A program made the translations under genes and the position numbers. This document shows, piece by piece, positions 26,104-34,766 of a stretch of 51,321 bases of DNA. Source of the stretch: a virus (lineage: Duplodnaviria > Caudoviricetes); IMG/VR virus record IMGVR_UViG_3300021517_000001, positions 1 through 51,321 of that record. One strand, given 5' to 3'. How positions within the stretch are numbered: position 1 is the first letter of the stretch; each line of letters starts with the position of its first letter. The notes beneath the pieces were generated by a model. That model made no database searches. It saw only the letters and a program-made list of their open reading frames with translations, and was not told the DNA's origin.

Positions 26104-27108
26104 TTAGTTGGCCGAAAAGAGTGTCGACAGTTCCATCAGCGTTTGAACTGAGTGCAGCACTCCGTCCATTCCGTCCATCGCACGCCACACGCCGGCATCA
26201 TTCGCACGATTCAAGCGATGAGCGTTGACTGCGTTGGTGTAAGCGTTCAGAATATCGATTGAGTAAATCGTGTCCGGATTGCTGTCAGCCAGCATGCTTA
26301 GCTGTCCAGAGAAGCCTTCGAGCGTCCAGCCCTTCAGCACGTTCGCTGACATGCCCAGCTGCTTTTGCATTGTGCGAACCCACGGCGCCGAGGCTGCATC
26401 CGCAGCCGAAGAAGCGTCGATGTACGTAGTGAGTAGTTTGTGCACTGCGCGCAGAGAGTGACCTGAGCCGAGCACGCTGCCCTTGTAGTTGGATTTATTC
26501 AGCAGAGCCTGCGTCCACTGAAAGTCTTCGATTGTCTTATGAAGGTCCGCTTCTTCCCACGTGCGGTGGCTGAAGCTCGCCGATCCCATGTTCAGCACGC
26601 TGCTGATCAGCCCGTTAGTGCAGACCACGCGGTACACTCCGGCAGTGTAGCGAGCCGCTACTCGACCGATGACCAGATTTGTGTCCAGACGAACCGCTGG
26701 AAACATCCCACCGCGCTTGCGGCCGCGAGCTTCCCAAAACGCGAGGTCATGTTCGATGGTGTCATCGACAGCCGCTCCCGGGTTGTTGAAGATTGTGGTG
26801 ACCTGCAGGCCGCCTTTCCAAGCCCACTGATCGACGATCTTCCAGCCCTCTTCGAGCAGCTGTTCTTGAGCGTCCGCAGGATTGATAAAGGACATCTGCT
26901 TGCTGCCGGCTCCGAGAGCGTAGCCCTTTTCTATCTTGCGCTCCGGGCTCCACGGATTCGCACCCGAAGGCATGAACGAGAAGCGACGAACTTCGTCATC
27001 TCCGTAATGCTCCGCGACGACAGTGCCGAGCTTGATCTGCTCGCCCTTCTTATTGTAGATCGAGACTGCCCGGTTGTTTGACGTGACTGTTACTTTGCGG
27101 CTAGCCAT
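26104..27108 (-). CDS. DUF932-like protein
   Basis: GVYRVVCTNGL...F.H motif; C-terminal NAYT. Confidence 0.65.
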   Translation of the reverse strand: MASRKVTVTSNNRAVSIYNKKGEQIKLGTVVAEHYGDDEVRRFSFMPSGANPWSPERKIEKGYALGAGSKQMSFINPADAQEQLLEEGWKIVDQWAWKGGLQVTTIFNNPGAAVDDTIEHDLAFWEARGRKRGGMFPAVRLDTNLVIGRVAARYTAGVYRVVCTNGLISSVLNMGSASFSHRTWEEADLHKTIEDFQWTQALLNKSNYKGSVLGSGHSLRAVHKLLTTYIDASSAADAASAPWVRTMQKQLGMSANVLKGWTLEGFSGQLSMLADSNPDTIYSIDILNAYTNAVNAHRLNRANDAGVWRAMDGMDGVLHSVQTLMELSTLFSAN

Positions 27109-27224
27109 GATACACTTGCTCCTGTAGTAACGCTCTGTGCGCCTTCCTTATATTTAGTGTAACCCTTTGTTTGGTACAATGGCACGTGAATGTTTGATGA
27201 GAACTTGATGAGAAGGGCTCTCAT

Positions 27225-28184
27225 CTAGAACATGTTCGCAAGCGTGTGGGCAGCCTTCTCGAGTTCCTCTTTTCCGCGCAAATCATATCGCCGCGTCGTC
27301 TCAGACAAAGCATGGCCAGCCAGTTGCTGCACCAAGAAAATATCCACGCCGTTGAGCAGAAGGCTCGTAATGAACGTTTTGCGCAGGTCGTGGGGCTTTA
27401 CATAATGAATGCCGGCAGCCAGACATCTGCGCTTGAGAACGTCCATGATTGTTTGTCCGGAGATCGGCTCTAGCTGGGGAAGCCAGTCAACGCGGACAAA
27501 TAACGGACCGGGAGCGACGCCTCGAACAGCAATCCACTGATCAACAATCTCTCGAGCCCGGGAGTTGATAAACAGCCACCTGTCCTTGTTGCCTTTGCCT
27601 TTAGCCAGGATCAACTCGTAGCCGTCGTTGTGGGGGACTAGGTCTTCTAAAAAGACACTGACCGTCTCTTCCCGACGAGCCCCCGTTGCAACCATAAATG
27701 AGATAAGCGCCTTGTCTCGGACGCCTCCAGCGCCTCCAGCGGCCTCGCAGGCATCTAACAGCTTCGTCAGTTCTGCGGCTTCCAGCGACCGGCCTTTAGG
27801 AAGGGTGACCCCAACCACCCACTCGAAATCCAGCCGACGATTCATCTCTTCGACTGAAATGAGCTCGAGGCGCCAGCATGCCTTAATGACGCCGCGCAGA
27901 CCTGCTAGGTACAGGTTCGCGGTTGAGTGAGCGTAGTCCTGCATGAGGACCGATCGAATCTTCAGAATGACAGGCAGCTTGAGCATGTGCCAGGGGAACG
28001 AGTAGATCTCAGCCAGGCGGACATCCTTAGTCTGCATGATGATCTTGAGCACCGCCAGCAACGCAAAGCGCATGGTCGATTGCGCCGTGGGGCTGAGAGT
28101 ATTCAAGTACATTGTGACGGGGTCAAATCCGTCAGGGAATTGGACGGGAGCGATGTCCACGTCTTGCGGGATGATAGTAGTCAC
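27225..28184 (-). CDS. Tyrosine recombinase/integrase
   Basis: Catalytic R (GARREE), K (KGKGNK), HxxR (HDLRK), H (AGH), Y (RRYD). Confidence 0.93.
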   Translation of the reverse strand: MTTIIPQDVDIAPVQFPDGFDPVTMYLNTLSPTAQSTMRFALLAVLKIIMQTKDVRLAEIYSFPWHMLKLPVILKIRSVLMQDYAHSTANLYLAGLRGVIKACWRLELISVEEMNRRLDFEWVVGVTLPKGRSLEAAELTKLLDACEAAGGAGGVRDKALISFMVATGARREETVSVFLEDLVPHNDGYELILAKGKGNKDRWLFINSRAREIVDQWIAVRGVAPGPLFVRVDWLPQLEPISGQTIMDVLKRRCLAAGIHYVKPHDLRKTFITSLLLNGVDIFLVQQLAGHALSETTRRYDLRGKEELEKAAHTLANMF

Positions 28185-28197
28185 TGCTCAGAACTCC

Positions 28198-30468
28198 TTA
28201 GCTTGCACTGTGCCCATTAGAACGGTTAGCGCGGTGATTGATATTGATTTGCATGACCTGCTCAGGCTGGACAAGCTTTAAGCCGTCAGCGGCTAAGCCA
28301 ATGCTGATAAACGTGGCTTTGCGAGCACTCCGGTCTTCCGGGAACTCTCTCTTCAACCTCTCGCTGAATTTTCGTAGGGGAAGGATTTCGTAGGGCTTCA
28401 GGAGACGGTTCTTGCAATCCGTGGTATAAGCTCTGTACAAGGTGTCCAGCTCAACAGAATCGTTCTCGCCGAAAGTGCAATACGCATCGAAGAACGCTTT
28501 GAGGGGATCAGAATCGTCGCGGTAATTTCGGGTGCTGGCTTGCACCGCCGACGGGGTCTGTAACCCGTCACGATACCACGCAATTGCGCCGCGAACCATC
28601 CAAGCGAGAATGCCGGGAAATTCTGAGCGCAGTTTAAATCCCAGGTCGGGATCCTTCGGCTTTTGCTTTAGAGCCCCCTCGCTGGCTTCTTCGGGAGAGA
28701 CGAACCTCACGTTGAAATCGATGCGACGTACGCGGCGCCAGAAACCGTCCGAGTCATCCACCACTCGAGGGAGATGGTTGACACCAAGCCAGATCTTGCA
28801 GACCGGGTGAAACGTGAAGAACTCGCGATGAAGGAAGCGCGCTGAGACAGGCTCGCCTCCGGTCAGAGACTTAATGCGAGACTCACTCAGGGTCACGCCT
28901 TCGTTCGGCTCAGATGAGATGACAAGACGTCGGCCGTCAAGTGCCGCGATATCATTCGACTGGGAGTTGGCTACGGGCTGGCGTTCGAAGGTTGAGAACG
29001 GGGCAGGAAAGGCGTTGCTTCCGAAGATCGACTGCAAGACGTTCATGAGCGTCGACTTGCCATTTGAGCCTTTTCCGACAAGCATGAACAGGCACTGCTC
29101 TGTCGTGTGGCCTGTCAGGGTGTATCCGATAGCTCTCTGCAGGTAGTTAATCACATCTCGACCGCCCTCAAACACGTCGTCGAGGAACTTGAGCCATTGA
29201 GGGCACAAAGCATTTGGGTCGTAGTTGACGGGAAAGTGGTTGGAAAGGAGGTCTGACGGGCGACCTGCTCGCAGCTCTCCGGTGCGGAGATTAATGACCC
29301 CATTCGAGCATGCAGCCAGGTCGGCGTTGTTATTCCAGGCAGAGTGCTTAGTTGCAATGTTTGGCTGCGCTTTGCTGATTGAAGCGCCGGCATCTATGCG
29401 CGACTTGCCCTGCATGATCATTGAGTACCGAAAGGCGGCGGCGCGGTCATCATCGTCTGTAATCAAATCTACCGCCCGTCGAAACGCTGATATCGTGTCG
29501 ATGACCTTCAATGTGATCTCGTCGACTTCATCCATCTTCCAGAAGTGCTGATCCCAAATCAGCCACTTTCCGGCGGTGTGATTGTACTTGACCTGCTCTG
29601 CTAGATAGAATGCAATCATCTGGCCGAAACCGACGTCAGTCATTGGAAACTGAAGCAGCGCTTCGAGCACCGGGTGTCCGCCAGCAACGGTCCCGTTTGT
29701 ACGAGCCGGTGGATACTTAGCGATGTTCGAGGCAATCACCAGGAGCTCTTCTTCAGATAGCGGAGGGTTGCATCGCGTTGCATTCTGTGACCGCAGAACA
29801 GTCAGGATCTCTTCCTCACCAAGCCCAAGAGTTCTCACCAGGCCCGCTACTCGGGTGAGTGTTGCGTTCCGCTCGCCCTCCGGGATAGTTCCATCCATTT
29901 GCAAACGAACCGCTGCTGAGCCTCTTCCACGCTGAGAGTGCAGATATTCTGGGCACTCTCCCGGAGCGTTGTCGAACGGTGACTGCCCGGCGACCCATGC
30001 ATACTCTGAGCCGCTAGCATGCTGCGACGGTGGCAATACGACGTATCCGCCGTCACCCCGAACATCTATTCCGACAAAGCCGAATAGCGCTTGAGCATTC
30101 GGGACCTTTCGTCCTCCGTTTGGGTGCTTGAAGAACACATGGTATCCTCCACCGCCCGTGCGGGAGACTACTGCCTGATTGAATGATCCTTTTTCGGCTA
30201 TGATTTGTTGCAGCCGATCTTCAGCGCCTTCTTTTGCGGCGTCGACATCCAGCACCACAATGCCTGACTTAGCTCCAGTCGCGACCCCGATGTTGGCATC
30301 CGGGAACTGATTCCACCACCTGCGGATGGTAGCTTCGTCTTTAGTCGCGTCTTTGAATCCGTTGGTTGTCAGAGGCTTCTTGCTTTGGTTAACTGGAAAC
30401 ACATGCCATCCGAGGCGCGTATATTGAATGGCATGATCGACCATTGGGGTGAGAGCAATTCGAACCAT
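28198..30468 (-). CDS. Bifunctional primase-polymerase, PriCT and D5/P4-family SF3 helicase
   Basis: NIGVATG..VVLDVD, TGGGGYH, DVRGDGGYVV.PPS.H, GERNATL, GKGSNGKST, DGFWRR. Confidence 0.93.
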   Translation of the reverse strand: MVRIALTPMVDHAIQYTRLGWHVFPVNQSKKPLTTNGFKDATKDEATIRRWWNQFPDANIGVATGAKSGIVVLDVDAAKEGAEDRLQQIIAEKGSFNQAVVSRTGGGGYHVFFKHPNGGRKVPNAQALFGFVGIDVRGDGGYVVLPPSQHASGSEYAWVAGQSPFDNAPGECPEYLHSQRGRGSAAVRLQMDGTIPEGERNATLTRVAGLVRTLGLGEEEILTVLRSQNATRCNPPLSEEELLVIASNIAKYPPARTNGTVAGGHPVLEALLQFPMTDVGFGQMIAFYLAEQVKYNHTAGKWLIWDQHFWKMDEVDEITLKVIDTISAFRRAVDLITDDDDRAAAFRYSMIMQGKSRIDAGASISKAQPNIATKHSAWNNNADLAACSNGVINLRTGELRAGRPSDLLSNHFPVNYDPNALCPQWLKFLDDVFEGGRDVINYLQRAIGYTLTGHTTEQCLFMLVGKGSNGKSTLMNVLQSIFGSNAFPAPFSTFERQPVANSQSNDIAALDGRRLVISSEPNEGVTLSESRIKSLTGGEPVSARFLHREFFTFHPVCKIWLGVNHLPRVVDDSDGFWRRVRRIDFNVRFVSPEEASEGALKQKPKDPDLGFKLRSEFPGILAWMVRGAIAWYRDGLQTPSAVQASTRNYRDDSDPLKAFFDAYCTFGENDSVELDTLYRAYTTDCKNRLLKPYEILPLRKFSERLKREFPEDRSARKATFISIGLAADGLKLVQPEQVMQININHRANRSNGHSAS

Positions 30469-30526
30469 TGCGCAGTCCTTAGTCGGGCAAAAATGCGGTA
30501 GATATTTAAACAATCACTATTTTACT

Positions 30527-30555
30527 ATTATATGCCAGCCAAACAGGGAGATCAA
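30527..30555 (-). promoter_or_regulatory. Sigma70-like promoter for the replication operon
   Basis: TTGATC-17bp-TATAAT on the - strand. Confidence 0.65.
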
Positions 30556-30606
30556 CCTTTTGAGGTTCATATTTGATTTTTCTAATCTTTCATCGAACCG
30601 TCAACG

Positions 30607-30636
30607 TTGATTTTCACTCTCAAGGTGTATTACAAT
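30607..30636 (+). promoter_or_regulatory. Divergent sigma70-like promoter
   Basis: TTGATT-18bp-TACAAT. Confidence 0.5.
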
Positions 30637-30741
30637 ATAAAAGATCAGACTGTCGCACTATGCTCCTGGTGATCGCATCGGTCCGACGCATTCCTTACTG
30701 CAGAGGCCCTACGGGGCCTTTGTTATTTTATCGAGGTGCCT

Positions 30742-31134
30742 ATGACCCTTCCTCCGTCTGAACGACCTCCCGTACTTGGCCCGCTCAAGCTCCTGCTCAA
30801 ATCCACCAGGTTTCTTACAGCTGTGGTCGCTCTGCTCGTCGGCATGTTAGTGACGCAAATCCCATCGCTGGCCCCATACAGTGATGAACTCTTGGTGCTC
30901 ATTGGAGCTCTCGCGTTCGTTGTTATTGGGGGCTATAGCTACGATGACGCGTCTCGCATGGCCCACGAGCTCGGCGCGCAGCCTCTGAAACCGATTAATG
31001 AGCAGCTGCGCGATGTGTCAGATGCCGCCATAGATGCTGTGATTCCTCCTGGTGGATCTGCAGAAGTTCGAATCAACACGTCAACCGAGTCGCCCCGTCT
31101 ATACCCTCCCGGAAGCGATACAGCCAGCAGTTAA
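30742..31134 (+). CDS. Two-TM membrane protein, holin-like
   Basis: LLKSTRFLTAVVALLVGMLV...LLVLIGALAFVVIGGYSYDD; the KSRxF...G...D pattern is seen in phage holins. Confidence 0.6.
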   Translation: MTLPPSERPPVLGPLKLLLKSTRFLTAVVALLVGMLVTQIPSLAPYSDELLVLIGALAFVVIGGYSYDDASRMAHELGAQPLKPINEQLRDVSDAAIDAVIPPGGSAEVRINTSTESPRLYPPGSDTASS

Positions 31135-31147
31135 CAGCAGGCAAGAA

Positions 31148-31184
31148 GCAAATAAAAACCCGCAAGCTGTGGGTTTTTATTTGC
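31148..31184. terminator. Bidirectional intrinsic terminator
   Basis: GCAAATAAAAACCCGC-aagct-GTGGGTTTTTATTTGC between convergent genes. Confidence 0.85.
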
Positions 31185-31190
31185 CTGGAA

Positions 31191-31637
31191 TCAGCTCGCG
31201 CTGATGTATATTTTGCTGACCCTGTCAAGAGCTTTTCTTTCCAACGCCGGCTGCGTCGAAAGAATTACATCCGACAAAAACAACAAGGCTTCAGCTTTCA
31301 CGGCTTCCCGGCGGAATCGAATCGTCACCATGCAATCTTTCGTCGGGTCGATAGCCCTTACCTGATATCCTTGGCGGTGTAAGAACTTAGCCATCCGATG
31401 CAGCCGCTGATGCACTTCGGCCTGTTCTGTAGCGTTTAGGTCCGTCCACATTGTCGGCCGCGTCTGGATCGACGGAGCTTCTGTACCGGACCCACTCCCA
31501 GTCTCCCTCTCGAGACTGTTGCCAGTACCCTTCCATTTCTTCGGTAGCACAATCTTCATTGTAGTTGTCCTCATACCACTCGCCAAGAATCCACATACAA
31601 ACAACCTTTCATATCGATACTTAGAGGGCAAATGCAA
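31191..31637 (-). CDS. Hypothetical protein (start uncertain)
   Basis: ORF ending at the bidirectional terminator. Confidence 0.5.
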   Translation of the reverse strand: MHLPSKYRYERLFVCGFLASGMRTTTMKIVLPKKWKGTGNSLERETGSGSGTEAPSIQTRPTMWTDLNATEQAEVHQRLHRMAKFLHRQGYQVRAIDPTKDCMVTIRFRREAVKAEALLFLSDVILSTQPALERKALDRVSKIYISAS

Positions 31638-31638
31638 T

Positions 31639-31681
31639 TAAAAAGATCCCCTCAACGTGCTAAGTGCTCGAGAGGGGATCT
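31639..31681 (-). terminator. Intrinsic terminator
   Basis: AAAAAGATCCCCTC...GAGGGGATCT. Confidence 0.65.
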
Positions 31682-31685
31682 CTAA

Positions 31686-32201
31686 TTACCGCGCGGAACG
31701 GACTTGTGTCATCAAAGTAATCAGAGCAGCTTTCGCTTGATATACGGTGTCCCCGAGATACAAGGCCTCAGCCGACGCCGGATACACAGCTTCAGTCTGA
31801 GATGTGAAGGCAAGTTCTCGTTTGCCTCCCGGACCCCACGGATTGAACGCCGCAGTCGTTGCGTAGTACTTGCGCGTCCACGGATCGCACCGCACGGCAG
31901 AGAATCGGAAGTCGATGCCCTTTGCCTGAGCTTCGTGATAAATGCGCGCCAGCATCGTGGTCATTTTGCGCGCGCGCTCCCGGCTTACCTCATGAATCTG
32001 CTCGAGAACTTCGCACCCGAGATCAGTCACCGGGAAATGTTCCCGCTCGAGAGGATTCTCGATGGCCAGGCCTTTAGACTGCAGCCAGCGAAGGGTGCGA
32101 ACCGGCACTGCTGCTTGAGCTAGCCCGTAGTTGTACAAACGCATGAGAGCTACATACTGCTTGTCGTTTAGTTTGACATCGGTCGTGAATTCAGTTTGCA
32201 T
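31686..32201 (-). CDS. Hypothetical protein (possible winged-helix-like N-terminus)
   Basis: Start MQTEF with GGAGG SD and promoter motif at 32220-32240. Confidence 0.6.
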   Translation of the reverse strand: MQTEFTTDVKLNDKQYVALMRLYNYGLAQAAVPVRTLRWLQSKGLAIENPLEREHFPVTDLGCEVLEQIHEVSRERARKMTTMLARIYHEAQAKGIDFRFSAVRCDPWTRKYYATTAAFNPWGPGGKRELAFTSQTEAVYPASAEALYLGDTVYQAKAALITLMTQVRSAR

Positions 32202-32393
32202 TTTTGCCTCCGGGCATTGCCTTACTATAATAAAATTGTAGACTCCAAACCCAAGAAAAAGCACGAGGGGGAGGTCCGTCAGTTTCTTTCGAATCGCCCT
32301 TGATCTGCGAAATTTCTGTACGAGCACGATCGATAAGCAACCGAACAGAACGCGACTGCGCTTGCTAAATGTTTATTTAGAATACGCTGGCGG

Positions 32394-33008
32394 TTATTCG
32401 GGGAGCTTTTGAGTCTTGTCGGGATTGAACGAAGGGTCTCGGAAAGGCTTTGTTTGGGGCCGAGGCCCGGGGGTTAGAGCGTCTATACCTTCCACAGCCG
32501 TAACCTCTACAGCGGTAGCCGCGACCGTGGTTGTAACACGCCGAGTGTTCGGTTCGGGGACTGGATCGATCTCGGTTGAATCTTCTTCATCGTCGTAGCC
32601 AGCTCGAGCGAGCAGAGATTCTTGAACCCGTTGAATCTCTTCCGCTGGGCGGTTCCAGCCTTCAAACGCTTCTGGATTAGAGCGCATTGAAATGTACAGT
32701 TCGGTAACAATCGCTGTCAGCCGGTCTAAGGCTTTGAACCTCTTGTTCATTGTTGAAGAGGCTGTGATTAATCGGTTGACAGCCGAAACGAGCTGGCTGC
32801 GTTCATCTACTTCTGTGTCAGCCAGGTTCTGAATGACTGCAATGGCCTGTTCAATCTTCTGCAGGGTCTGTTGTGACTGCTCGGCCATTTTCTGTCGGTG
32901 CGGCCAATACTCTTTCGAGAACCACGGCCAGATTCGGCGATCTATAAACCAAGCCAGGGCGAACAGAATAGCTCCAGCAATCCCGGCATCAACCACTGAG
33001 TCTGGCAT
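32394..33008 (-). CDS. Membrane-anchored coiled-coil protein (lysis-cassette position)
   Basis: N-terminal TM GIAGAILFALAWFI followed by a coiled coil; at the end of the tail operon. Confidence 0.6.
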   Translation of the reverse strand: MPDSVVDAGIAGAILFALAWFIDRRIWPWFSKEYWPHRQKMAEQSQQTLQKIEQAIAVIQNLADTEVDERSQLVSAVNRLITASSTMNKRFKALDRLTAIVTELYISMRSNPEAFEGWNRPAEEIQRVQESLLARAGYDDEEDSTEIDPVPEPNTRRVTTTVAATAVEVTAVEGIDALTPGPRPQTKPFRDPSFNPDKTQKLPE

Positions 33009-33207
33009 CTTGTTCAAGCCTTTCGACCCTAGAGGTCAGCTTTCGAATGAGGTAGTGATTTGCTGTCGCGGCTGATTCCAAATCGACCAACTTGTATTTG
33101 AGGGCCCGCAAATCAGCTTCAGGCCCCTGACGCTCTCTTCTAGCCACTAGAGCCGCTACGTACCAGTAGGGGAGAAGGATCATTATGTGTCTCAGAATTG
33201 ATTTCAA
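32989..33207 (-). CDS. Small membrane-anchored coiled-coil protein
   Basis: IMILLPYWYVAALVA hydrophobic segment. Confidence 0.5.
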   Translation of the reverse strand: MKSILRHIMILLPYWYVAALVARRERQGPEADLRALKYKLVDLESAATANHYLIRKLTSRVERLEQDARLSG

Positions 33208-33208
33208 G

Positions 33209-33616
33209 TCAGTCTCCGGGTCTACGATATTCGATCACGGGCCGGGGGAACGGCGCGGGCTTGGCTTCAATCCGCGGGTCGATAATCCTAGAGACCGCTT
33301 GCAGCAATGTGATCGCGCTCGTCAAGATAGTTACGATGTAAGGCAGATCTTTATCGCCGGGAGAAGACATCTCGCGCAAGGCGCTTAGAACTGCTTCAAA
33401 ATCAAATTCTTGAAGCGCCTCGCGAGCAGCTCCAAGCTCTAAAAAGTATTGACGGTCTTCGGGGGAGAGGCCTTGCAGAAACGCAGAGAATCGTTCTTCC
33501 TCGGTTTCTAACACCCCCACGACTTCGACCGTACGCCCTAAATATGAAAGAATGGTCGTTGTTTGAGGGTTGCCGTTAGCATCTGTCCAGCCGGTGCCAT
33601 TGTAAAAGTAATTCAT
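33209..33616 (-). CDS. Hypothetical protein
   Basis: AGGAGG SD before MNYFY. Confidence 0.6.
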   Translation of the reverse strand: MNYFYNGTGWTDANGNPQTTTILSYLGRTVEVVGVLETEEERFSAFLQGLSPEDRQYFLELGAAREALQEFDFEAVLSALREMSSPGDKDLPYIVTILTSAITLLQAVSRIIDPRIEAKPAPFPRPVIEYRRPGD

Positions 33617-33624
33617 GTCGCCTC

Positions 33625-34194
33625 CTATAGCGCCCACATCTTCGAGAAGATAAAGTAATATCCGGACGAGGCCCCTTGCTTGCTGGTCGCTTCCATATCG
33701 ATCTGCTGCCAGCCGCTGGTAGCAATCACAACGCTGGCGATTGAAAGAATAGTGTTGTAGGTAAGCGCCGCACTGTAGCCGTCAACAGTACCAACGGACG
33801 AATTGTTGACCTTCACTGTAAAGATGCCCTGAGAGTTTGACGTAGCTCCTAACCAGCTTAATGTGTACGTACCCGCACGCAGCCACAGGCCGGTTCTAAA
33901 TGAATACCCTAAGGCAGGTGCAGATGATGCGTATCCGTATATCCCGTATCTTTGATTTGCCTGGGTGGTCGTCCCGGAATCAATTAAAAAAGTGGGTCCG
34001 GACGTGACCACGGTTTCGTCACACCAACGCTCATCAAATTTGGGGTACAGCTGTGTAAGCGGCGTCCTCTCCCCTAAAGCGTTTAAATCGAAGACTCCTG
34101 CAGAGGTCGCAATTAGCCGTCTCTTTTCGCTTGGGGGCGCTTCGACCGCAGCTCCTTCTTGCAATTCAAGAAGCGCCGGAGTTATAAGTGTCAT
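33625..34194 (-). CDS. Putative receptor-binding/tail protein with CBM-like beta-sandwich (paralog 3)
   Basis: LRAGTYTL..G..V.V...G...DGYS...SVVIATSGWQ. Confidence 0.6.
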   Translation of the reverse strand: MTLITPALLELQEGAAVEAPPSEKRRLIATSAGVFDLNALGERTPLTQLYPKFDERWCDETVVTSGPTFLIDSGTTTQANQRYGIYGYASSAPALGYSFRTGLWLRAGTYTLSWLGATSNSQGIFTVKVNNSSVGTVDGYSAALTYNTILSIASVVIATSGWQQIDMEATSKQGASSGYYFIFSKMWAL

Positions 34195-34766
34195 AGAGCC
34201 CCCACGAAAGATGCCTTAGAAAAAATGACAAAAGCTGACGATTGGCTTGTACTGTTGTCCGCAGGGCCTCCGACCTCAGATCGAATCACGTGTCGGCCAT
34301 CTGTGGGAATGACTACCCCGGAGGCCGTTCGAACGTCGTTTGCAATCACACTGTTGGCCGACCATCTTAGGGCCGCTTTTAAGACCCCGTCAACATACCA
34401 ATGTTGTGTCCCAGCGTAGGGGCCGCTTTCGCCAGAAACGATTATTTGATATATCCCTGCAGCCAGCAGAACGTCCCATTCGACAGCTGCTCCGACTTGA
34501 GCGTCTGTTTGATATGTGCGTACGGCAAAGCGAGCCGTGTCCGAGAGCTCTCTGATTAACGCGCCGCCAATAACCACGCGGGCGGAATGATGCCAGAGGG
34601 TTGCTACTTTCGGATACGTGCCCCCAAGAGCGACGGGAGAAAAAGTCCCGCGCGCTTTCCAACCGGTTGCAACAGGATAAATCCGAGCTATGCCTGCTGT
34701 GGGGGCCGCGACGTCTGACCCGTTCTCTTCCAGTATGATAGCGTCGTCGCGAATGTCATAGGTCAT
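34191..34766 (-). CDS. Putative receptor-binding/tail protein with CBM-like beta-sandwich (paralog 2)
   Basis: LAAGIYQI..G...YVDG...GVVIPTDGRH. Confidence 0.6.
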   Translation of the reverse strand: MTYDIRDDAIILEENGSDVAAPTAGIARIYPVATGWKARGTFSPVALGGTYPKVATLWHHSARVVIGGALIRELSDTARFAVRTYQTDAQVGAAVEWDVLLAAGIYQIIVSGESGPYAGTQHWYVDGVLKAALRWSANSVIANDVRTASGVVIPTDGRHVIRSEVGGPADNSTSQSSAFVIFSKASFVGAL

